Part shown: positions 25,328-32,574 of the stretch, one piece after another | How positions within the stretch are numbered: position 1 is the first letter of the stretch | Layout: each line of letters starts with the position of its first letter | Assembly: GCA_046861645.1 (NCBI GenBank) | Contig: JBHHUM010000023.1 | Location: 1-32,574 of the forward strand | DNA length: 32,574 nucleotides | Source: Fidelibacterota bacterium | Lineage (GTDB): Bacteria > Fidelibacterota > Marinisomatia > Marinisomatales > UBA2128 | Direction: 5' to 3' | Notes under the pieces: generated by a model | Seen by the model: the letters and a program-made list of their open reading frames with translations, nothing else | Told to the model about the DNA's origin: nothing | The model's database searches: none | Translations under genes and position numbers: made by a program

Positions 25328-27675
25328 GATGGAGGAGCTGTTTCTGTTTTCCTGGTGTTGGGATACTCAACTCGAATATGATAAATTCCTCTAAGTACTG
25401 GCATCAGACCGTGTTTACCCCGCACGTCTCCCTTCAAGTTAGCCAAGTCCCGCATGGTAAGTGGACAATTGTCTAATTGACCCTCTTTCAGTCTTTTTTC
25501 AATGATGGAATCCACCATTGCCTCAATACTACCGAGGGTAGGTTTTTTAATGGAACGCACAGCAGCTTCAACCGCTTCACAGATCATTAGGATACCCGTC
25601 TCTTTTGTATTAGGTGTTGGACCAGGATAGCGAAAATCTGATTCATTTACTTTAGTCTCGTCACCTTCTGCTTGTTGAACGGCTCGCTGGTAGAAGTACT
25701 CGATTCGTGTAGTGCCGTGATGCATGGGAATGAAATCGCTGAGTGTGGAAGGTAGACGGTATTCCCGGGCAAGTTTAAGACCATCTTTCACGTGATTGGC
25801 TATGATAGTGGCCGAAAGAGTAGGAGAGAGGGTGTCATGTTTGTTTTCACCACCCATTTGATTTTCAATGAAGTACTCGGGTCGTACCATTTTTCCGATA
25901 TCATGATAATAAGCCCCTACTCGGCAGAGTAGGGGGTTAGCCCCCGCTGCATTGGCACATGACTCAGCCAGGTTACCCACTACAACGCTGTGATTAAAAG
26001 TACCATTAGCTTCTTGCGATAATCGTTTAAGCAAAGGATGATTAAAGTCTGTCAGTTCAAGCAATGTCAGATCGGAAGTAATACCGAAAACTATTTCGAA
26101 TAAGGCACTTAATCCATAGGTGACAAAAGGCGCTAACACTGCTCCGACACTCAGGTAGAGGAGATTGTTAGATATTGTATTCCAATGTGCTTCCTTCAGT
26201 AAACCTATGCAGACGATAGCTAGAGCTCCACTGGCGAGGATATAGAGTATGGCATAGAAAATCTGAATTCGGGCACGTAGTTGCCTTACGGCAAACACTG
26301 CTGCCACACTGCTGAAGAGGGAAACAATCACGAAGTCGAGCTTGTTGCCGACCATGAAGGCAAGGATGATGGCTAATGTTACCGTAGCCATTACAGCGAT
26401 CCTGGCATCGAGAAGTACGGTAAATACCATGGCAGCGACTGTAATGGGAATAGCATATTCTGAGAGTCCCAACCAGACTGCAAAAGTCCACCCTACCGCT
26501 ACTAACATAATGTACATGGTACTGAACAACAGGATCATGCGATTGTCTTCAAAAAGAGTCTTACGGTAAGTACGCAAGAAAGTGAAAAAGAATGACAGTA
26601 CAATACCTACTAATAAAATTCGAGCTAACCATCCTGTTATAATATCTAGTAGGGTAGCTTCTTCACTCTTTTCCTTCCAGGCGCGAATATAGGATTTTAT
26701 TTTCTGAAGTGTTTCAGGAGTGATGCGCGTATTGGCATCGACGATACGCTCGTTCTCAAACACGGTTCCAATAGCCTGAGGAACCTCGGCTTTCTTTTTC
26801 AACTGCTCAGCTTGTGTCTTTTCGCTATCGTAGATAAGATTTGGTCGAAGGAATTCACCGACGATTTTGGCCCCGATGATACTGTGAATGTCATTGGGAA
26901 CTGGATAGGTAGATTCTAATTCTAAACGAGCTTTGACCAAAGCTTCCGGGATATCAAGGAAATCATCGGGACTCATATTCTCGTCATGGATACCTTCATG
27001 TAGAATATCGAGTAGGTCAGTCTTAATATTTTTCTTGTCAACTGATAATATTCCATGAGTCCAAAGTCCTCTGGTAATATTGACAACAATCGTAGCGAAC
27101 TCCTCGTAGTCAATTCGCTCCACTGTTTGTATGTCGTCACCGAGAAACTCTGTCCATTCGGGATCTAATAGATCGAAGGGATAGACGGAATTGAAGTTGG
27201 AGATCTCTTTAGCCAATGTAGCGCTGTCAGTAGCAACTCGAGCCTGAACTCTGGCGAAATATTCGGGATTGTGCCCACCATCCTGACCACCTGCTTCCCA
27301 CCACTGCTGTTGTGCTTCTTTCAGGTTTAGTCGGGCACGTCGGACCCGTTGTAGTACACTGAAGAATTCTCGTATACGAGAAGATTGTTCTTCCTTTATT
27401 TCATCCTTTCTTTCAAAGTAGTAAGGAACCTCTCGTATAGCTGCCTCTTGATCAGCCAGATACTTAGCATCATCTTTATAAATCGGAAAGTCGAACTCGG
27501 CAACAATCTCTTCCTCAGTGATATCTCCTAATTCGTAGTTTAATTCCAGAACTTTTCCTCTGGGGAAAAACAGCGATAGAACGATTGCCAGACTAACGAA
27601 AATGAGTAAGCGGTGCTGGCGGTTAGTGCGCTCCTGGGCATCAAGCGGTATTTTTTTGTTCTGGTTAAAAGGCAT
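25324..27675 (-). CDS. 7TM receptor with intracellular HD hydrolase (PgpH-like cyclic-dinucleotide phosphodiesterase family)
   Basis: N-terminal TM, large extracytoplasmic domain, 7 TM, GTFNHS, YYHDIGK, YFIENQ, HHGT, FRYPGP; upstream of ybeY. Confidence 0.92.
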   Translation of the reverse strand: MPFNQNKKIPLDAQERTNRQHRLLIFVSLAIVLSLFFPRGKVLELNYELGDITEEEIVAEFDFPIYKDDAKYLADQEAAIREVPYYFERKDEIKEEQSSRIREFFSVLQRVRRARLNLKEAQQQWWEAGGQDGGHNPEYFARVQARVATDSATLAKEISNFNSVYPFDLLDPEWTEFLGDDIQTVERIDYEEFATIVVNITRGLWTHGILSVDKKNIKTDLLDILHEGIHDENMSPDDFLDIPEALVKARLELESTYPVPNDIHSIIGAKIVGEFLRPNLIYDSEKTQAEQLKKKAEVPQAIGTVFENERIVDANTRITPETLQKIKSYIRAWKEKSEEATLLDIITGWLARILLVGIVLSFFFTFLRTYRKTLFEDNRMILLFSTMYIMLVAVGWTFAVWLGLSEYAIPITVAAMVFTVLLDARIAVMATVTLAIILAFMVGNKLDFVIVSLFSSVAAVFAVRQLRARIQIFYAILYILASGALAIVCIGLLKEAHWNTISNNLLYLSVGAVLAPFVTYGLSALFEIVFGITSDLTLLELTDFNHPLLKRLSQEANGTFNHSVVVGNLAESCANAAGANPLLCRVGAYYHDIGKMVRPEYFIENQMGGENKHDTLSPTLSATIIANHVKDGLKLAREYRLPSTLSDFIPMHHGTTRIEYFYQRAVQQAEGDETKVNESDFRYPGPTPNTKETGILMICEAVEAAVRSIKKPTLGSIEAMVDSIIEKRLKEGQLDNCPLTMRDLANLKGDVRGKHGLMPVLRGIYHIRVEYPNTRKTETAPPS

Positions 27676-27678
27676 GTA

Positions 27679-28848
27679 TCAGGTCTCCGGGATATTATCT
27701 ATGAATCTTTTAGTTATTTCCCTAGAAATGATTAGGCGTTGAATTTCACTGGTCCCTTCACCTATTGCCAAAACCTTGGCATCACGAAAGAATCGCTCAA
27801 CAGGATACTCCTTGATGTATCCATATCCACCAAAAATCTGTATGGCATCTGTGGCTATTTTCATGGCTGCTTCTGAAGCAAAAAGCTTCGCCATAGCAGC
27901 TTCCTTAGTTGTATCTTGCCCTGAATCGTATTTATGAGCTGCATTGTAGACGAGCAGTTTAGCCGCTTCAATATCAGTAGCCATATCCGCCAGTTTAAAA
28001 CCGATGGATTGGAAACGGTGAATGGGTCTACCAAATGCCTCCCGTTCCGTACTGTATTTAAGAGCTGCTTCATAAGCACCTTCGGCGGTTCCCACAGAAA
28101 GAGCACCAACCGAAATTCGACCACCTGTCAAAGTCTTTAGAAATGTCTTAAATCCATCCGCAGGTTCACCTAAGAGATTACTTTCTGGTACATGCAAATC
28201 TTCAAAGTATATCTGCCTGGTATCAGAAGCTTTCCATCCCATTTTTTTCTCAGCAGGTGCGATATTCAGTCCTGGATTGTCTGCTTCTATTATAAAGGCA
28301 CCGATACCCGTTACTTCACTAGCTACCACAGTTTTAGCAGTGACAGTAATAAGTCCTGCTACTCCGGCATTTGTGGTGAAAATCTTACTGCCATTGATAA
28401 TCCACTCATTACCCTTGCGGATAGCCGTGGTTCGAGTCGCGCCAGCGTCACTTCCTGCCTCAGGTTCTGTTAGTCCAAAGGCGCCAATCATTTTACCTGA
28501 GGCGAGGAGTGGGAGGTATTTCTGCTTCTGCTCCTCAGTACCGGCTAAAAGTATGGGAGTAGTCCCAAGGGAAGTATGAGCTGCCATGGTAATAGCGGTT
28601 GAAGCACATACTTTCCCTAACTCATGGACAGCAGTCACATAAGCTACATAGTCCATACCTGCACCACCATATTCCTCTGGAATGGGAATTCCCATCAGGC
28701 CTAATTCAGCCATTTTCGCTACTATTTCATAGGGAAACTGTGCCTTAAGATCTAACTCCGCTGCTACCGGAACCAATTCGTTTGTTGCAAATTCCCGTAC
28801 CATATTACGGAGCATCAGATGTTCTTCAGTAAAGAATAAATCGTTCAT
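27679..28848 (-). CDS. Acyl-CoA dehydrogenase (short/branched-chain type)
   Basis: GAFGLTEPEAGSDAG, INGSKIF, KKMG, QIFGGYGY, RDAKV.AIGEGTSEIQR. Confidence 0.95.
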   Translation of the reverse strand: MNDLFFTEEHLMLRNMVREFATNELVPVAAELDLKAQFPYEIVAKMAELGLMGIPIPEEYGGAGMDYVAYVTAVHELGKVCASTAITMAAHTSLGTTPILLAGTEEQKQKYLPLLASGKMIGAFGLTEPEAGSDAGATRTTAIRKGNEWIINGSKIFTTNAGVAGLITVTAKTVVASEVTGIGAFIIEADNPGLNIAPAEKKMGWKASDTRQIYFEDLHVPESNLLGEPADGFKTFLKTLTGGRISVGALSVGTAEGAYEAALKYSTEREAFGRPIHRFQSIGFKLADMATDIEAAKLLVYNAAHKYDSGQDTTKEAAMAKLFASEAAMKIATDAIQIFGGYGYIKEYPVERFFRDAKVLAIGEGTSEIQRLIISREITKRFIDNIPET

Positions 28849-28922
28849 ATTAACCTATTAGTTAATGCAATCAGTAGAAAGTCAATTTATTGTTTTAGAC
28901 CATGATGCACAAAGCAACAACC

Positions 28923-29912
28923 CTACCATCGCACCGCTGCTGAAGCCCAGGTGAATCCTGAGCCGAAAGCCGCCAGAATGATTGTATCTCCAGAGCTGAA
29001 TTTTCCTTCCGCCAGGGCTTCAGACATTGCAATGGGGATGGATGCTGCTGTTGTATTACCATACCTGTGGATATTACTGTATATTAAATCCATATCAGCC
29101 CCCAGTCTTTTAGCGACAGCTTGTGAAATTCTAAGATTAGCCTGGTGGGGGATAATCAATTTAATATCGTTTAAATTAAGTCCGTTCTGTTCCAGAGCCT
29201 CATGGATAACCTCTGGAAAGCGGATAGTCGCATTTTTGAAAACTTCCCGTCCGTTCATGTGGGGAACATGCATTTCATTATCAATAATATCCTTGGAAAT
29301 AAACGGTCTGAAGCTACTTCCTGGTGCAGGCATCCACAAATCTTTCACATGGGATCCGTCAGAGTGGAGGTGGGTGGAAAGAATCCCGTTTCCGTCATTA
29401 CTGGGTTGGAGTATTACTGCCCCGGCACCATCACCGAATAATACCGCTAAATCACGGTGGGCAGAATCAAAGTTTAAGGCCACAGTTTGTGCTTCTGAAC
29501 CAATCAGGAGAATGTTCTGGTATGCACCAGATTTAATGAACTGGTCAGCTACACTCAAGCCGTAAATAAATCCTGAACAGGCAGCCCGTATATCGAAGGC
29601 ACCAATTTTCCCCATCCCCATTCTGTCTTGAATTTGGGTAGCACAGCCCGGAAAGAAATGATCCGAGGAAATAGTAGCAAATATGATGAGGTTAACATCT
29701 TCTGGTTCAACACCAGCCATCATTAGGGCTTTTTCAGCTGCCTTGATACCCAGGTCTGAGGCAGCTTCCTCGACAACATGCCGCCGCTCCTTGATGCCAG
29801 TTCGGGTAGTGATCCATTCATCGGAAGTCTCCATTATTTTTTCCAAGTCTGTGTTGGATACCACATGATCCGGGACATGGTGACCAATACCAGCAATCTT
29901 GGTTCTGTTCAT
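28923..29912 (-). CDS. fabH: 3-oxoacyl-ACP synthase III
   Basis: AACSGF, LFGDGAGA, PHQANLRI, YGNTTAASIP, AFGSGFTW. Confidence 0.96.
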   Translation of the reverse strand: MNRTKIAGIGHHVPDHVVSNTDLEKIMETSDEWITTRTGIKERRHVVEEAASDLGIKAAEKALMMAGVEPEDVNLIIFATISSDHFFPGCATQIQDRMGMGKIGAFDIRAACSGFIYGLSVADQFIKSGAYQNILLIGSEAQTVALNFDSAHRDLAVLFGDGAGAVILQPSNDGNGILSTHLHSDGSHVKDLWMPAPGSSFRPFISKDIIDNEMHVPHMNGREVFKNATIRFPEVIHEALEQNGLNLNDIKLIIPHQANLRISQAVAKRLGADMDLIYSNIHRYGNTTAASIPIAMSEALAEGKFSSGDTIILAAFGSGFTWASAAVRW

Positions 29913-31618
29913 TATCTTCCTCCTCGCACCTTGATATCTCGAACATTAAGCTGTATAGATTTCCTACCCTGCCATTCATTCTCTTCCACAACATAAGCAA
30001 GATCGAACGGTTTTCCACTGATTAGATCAGTGTAGAATTTGGCCATATTAAAGGCAATGGCACCCCATGTTTTTCCGTTCTGTCTGGCATTGAACTTGAG
30101 ATGCTCTCCGTTGCCGACCAATCGCGGACTACCGGCAATCTCTACTTTTCGGGAAACAAACTGTGGTCGCATGTTTCCCGGTCCATAAGGAGACAATTCG
30201 GTTAGGAAGCTCATAAACTTCCCGTTAATATCGCTCAGATTCATCTCGCCTTCTATTGAAAGGGTACCGACTAAATCTGACTTTGAAAGAGTATTGTTGG
30301 CAAGAGTAATAAATGATTCCCGGAAGGCATCAAGATTAGCTCGGGTGATGGTTAGACCAGCAGCCATGGGATGTCCACCATACCCCTCGAGATGTTTGGC
30401 GCAGTACGTCAGGTTTTTATAAAGATCAAATCGTGGAATAGTCCGTGCCGATCCCTTGCCGGTACCTTTTTCCATGGCGATTATGACAGTGGGACGATGG
30501 AACTCCTCCTTAATTCGGGAGGCAACAATTCCGATTACACCCGGATGCCATCCCTCAGCCCAGAGTACAATAGCATTTTCGTTCTCGAGATCACATTCTG
30601 CATTTACCTTTAGGAGTGCTTCATCAACAATAGTTTTCTGAATCTCCTGACGGTGTCTATTTTCCTCATCTAATTGATTGGCAATCGAATTAGCCTCAAT
30701 GGGGTTATCAGTAGTGAAAAGATCCACAGCACGATTGGCGTCACCAAGTCTACCTGCGGCATTAATTCTTGGTGCAGCACCGAAAATGAGACGTCCGACA
30801 GTTAATTCTTTTTCAAGTAGATTGCTAACCTCCAGCAGAGCCTGTAAGCCAGGTTTTATAGATGTCTGAAGTGATTTCAAACCGTGATACATTATGTTTC
30901 GATTTTCTTCCAGCAGAGGGACCAAGTCTGCTGCAGTCCCTAAAGTGATTAAGTCCAAGTGAGTATGGACAAGCTCAGGATCGCAATCCAGTATTTGCGC
31001 AACAGCTTCAGCTAATTTAAAAGCAACCCCTCCACCGCAAAGGCCTTTAAATGGATAGGAGCAGTCGTCTCGATTAGGATTGAGGATAGAAAACGCATTC
31101 GGGAGTTCGAACCCTGGTATATGGTGATCAGTAATAATGACATTAATACCTTTAGAATTGGCGTAGTCGACAGCTTCAAAACCATTGATACCGCAGTCGC
31201 AAGTAATAATCAATTGAGCATCTACTTCTTTAGCCCGATCTATGCCCTGAAAAGATAGTCCGTATCCTTCAACTTCCCGATCAGGGATGTAAACATCTGA
31301 TTTTCCACCTGCGGATCGAATGAAGAGGCCTAACATAGATGCCCCGGTAGTGCCGTCAACATCATAATCACCAAAGATAAGAATGTTGCGTTTATTTCTT
31401 ATAAGGTCAGCAATGTAATCAGCGGCTTTATCCATGTCACGCATCAGGAAAGGATCGTGTAATTTATCAAGAGAAGGGGAAAAGAAGTTCTGAGCTTCTA
31501 TTTTTGTCATGATATCCCGGTTGGCCATGACCCGGGCTACTATTTCTGAGCAGTAGAATTCCTGTTGAATTCTATCAACTGTTTGAGGGTCAGGTTCTTT
31601 TATCTTCCAGGTGGCCAT
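29912..31618 (-). CDS. recJ: Single-stranded-DNA-specific exonuclease RecJ
   Basis: GDYDVDG, ITCDCG, ITDHH, PRINAAGRL, GGHPMAAG. Start moved to ATG 31618 because the track's 31696 lies inside rnpB. Confidence 0.96.
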   Translation of the reverse strand: MATWKIKEPDPQTVDRIQQEFYCSEIVARVMANRDIMTKIEAQNFFSPSLDKLHDPFLMRDMDKAADYIADLIRNKRNILIFGDYDVDGTTGASMLGLFIRSAGGKSDVYIPDREVEGYGLSFQGIDRAKEVDAQLIITCDCGINGFEAVDYANSKGINVIITDHHIPGFELPNAFSILNPNRDDCSYPFKGLCGGGVAFKLAEAVAQILDCDPELVHTHLDLITLGTAADLVPLLEENRNIMYHGLKSLQTSIKPGLQALLEVSNLLEKELTVGRLIFGAAPRINAAGRLGDANRAVDLFTTDNPIEANSIANQLDEENRHRQEIQKTIVDEALLKVNAECDLENENAIVLWAEGWHPGVIGIVASRIKEEFHRPTVIIAMEKGTGKGSARTIPRFDLYKNLTYCAKHLEGYGGHPMAAGLTITRANLDAFRESFITLANNTLSKSDLVGTLSIEGEMNLSDINGKFMSFLTELSPYGPGNMRPQFVSRKVEIAGSPRLVGNGEHLKFNARQNGKTWGAIAFNMAKFYTDLISGKPFDLAYVVEENEWQGRKSIQLNVRDIKVRGGR

Positions 31619-31635
31619 AATGAAAAGATTTATTA

Positions 31636-32063
31636 GAGCCGATCTATAAGCCGAATTCTGTATCCTGACATGTTGCCAAGTCGGGACGGTGATCATTCAT
31701 CTGGTCCCAACCTCACGATCGAGATCACGCGATCTACCCGCTCCTTCAGCCTGAATGATGCTATCTGTCCAAGACAGACAACAGAATGGGGCAGTGATGC
31801 GAGCGACATCTTGGAGCTGCTTGATCTTGCACTGGATGGGGTTTACCCAGCTTCCGATGTTACCACCGGAACTGGTGGTCTCTTACACCACCATTTCAAC
31901 TTTATCCTGCCATAGCAGGAAAGTCTGCTTTCTGTTGCACTTGCCGTGTCCCGACATTGCTAAATATCGGGACCCCTCCCGTTAGGAGGCATCCTGCTCT
32001 GCAGTGTTCGGACTTTCCTCCCCGATTACCTTCAGTGAATCGAGGCGATCACCCGACCGGCTC
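31636..32063 (-). ncRNA. rnpB: RNase P RNA, bacterial type A
   Basis: Minus strand GAGCCGGUC...GAGGAAAGUCCG...AGUGCAACAGAAAG...GGGUAAACCCC...ACAGAAUUCGGCUUAU-AGAUCGGCUC; the ends pair as P1. Confidence 0.96.
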
Positions 32064-32111
32064 TAATGTAAAAAAACGACTATGTCTGAACCCGAACATC
32101 ATGCGGTACCT

Positions 32112-32574
32112 TTAAGATGCTTTGGACCAGTACAGAATTCTTCGACAGGAGGGACACTGATGTACCTCCTCTCCATTACGTATCTCTGTCTCCCGCTGAG
32201 GGGTAATTCGGGAGTGGCAACCTCCACAACCATGATTAATAATAGGGACTACAGCCACGCCATCTTTTGCCTCTCGAATACGCTCGTAGAGGGAAAGATA
32301 TTTTGATTCAATGTCAGGCAATATTTTCCCTCTTTCGTCCATTAAACGATTTTCTTCTTCCTGGGAACTGGCTACTCGTTTTTCCAGCTCATCGGTCTGT
32401 TTCTTCAGTTCAACAGCCAATTCATCAATCTGCGATTCATCAAAATTAAGTTGTTCTTTTAAGAGTTCTTTTTCTTCCATTAAGTCGAGTTCACGACTTT
32501 CCTCCTCATCAATTTCAGTCTCGAGATGATCAATTTCACTCATCAGGGCGTCATATTCCCGGTTGGTCTTCACC
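32112..32574 (-). CDS. Coiled-coil protein with C4 zinc ribbon (COG1579/DUF164 type), 5'-truncated by the window edge
   Basis: REYDAL..EI, long coiled coil, YERIR, CGGCH...CPSCRRILYW; this family commonly lies upstream of rnpB. Confidence 0.9.
   Translation of the reverse strand, partial: VKTNREYDALMSEIDHLETEIDEEESRELDLMEEKELLKEQLNFDESQIDELAVELKKQTDELEKRVASSQEEENRLMDERGKILPDIESKYLSLYERIREAKDGVAVVPIINHGCGGCHSRITPQRETEIRNGEEVHQCPSCRRILYWSKAS

Noticed and set aside
28951..29565. 204-aa + strand ORF and similar antisense ORFs (e.g. 4927, 23572, 24409)
   Set aside because: Antisense shadows of well-supported genes
31670..31985. Two + strand ORFs and the recJ extension to 31696
   Set aside because: They lie within the RNase P RNA gene
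1..32574. CRISPR array, tRNA/rRNA, IS/integrase, reverse transcriptase, nucleotide cyclase
   Set aside because: None recognised by eye in the sequence or translated ORFs

Overview
Gene-dense bacterial chromosomal window from a diderm (lipid A acyltransferase, outer-membrane barrels, lipoproteins). The gene content suggests an FCB-group organism such as Marinimicrobia; this is an inference. From left to right: a truncated LpxL/HtrB-like gene that appears fused to foreign sequence at the left edge; an nfeD-floA-yqfB-like operon; a long minus-strand operon (M23 peptidase, rhomboid, cdd, udk, tdk, nupC, adk, coaE); a protease-less PDZ protein behind an ECF-type promoter; an outer-membrane protein; an orphan Pycsar-type (DUF5706) membrane effector overlapping a collagen-like lipoprotein; a lamin-tail secreted protein with arsC; an envelope operon with an EEP nuclease/phosphatase; an AT-rich islet with hemerythrin; perR-ahpC with an operator palindrome; yjbQ-alkD; and a core minus-strand run (Zn-ribbon gene, rnpB, recJ, fabH, acyl-CoA dehydrogenase, 7TM-HD, ybeY, hlyC/corC-like, mazG). 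The best candidate for a new system is the cyclase-less Pycsar-like effector plus collagen lipoprotein pair, which has its own promoter. No CRISPR array, tRNA, rRNA or transposase was seen. All family calls come from motif recognition by eye, not database searches.
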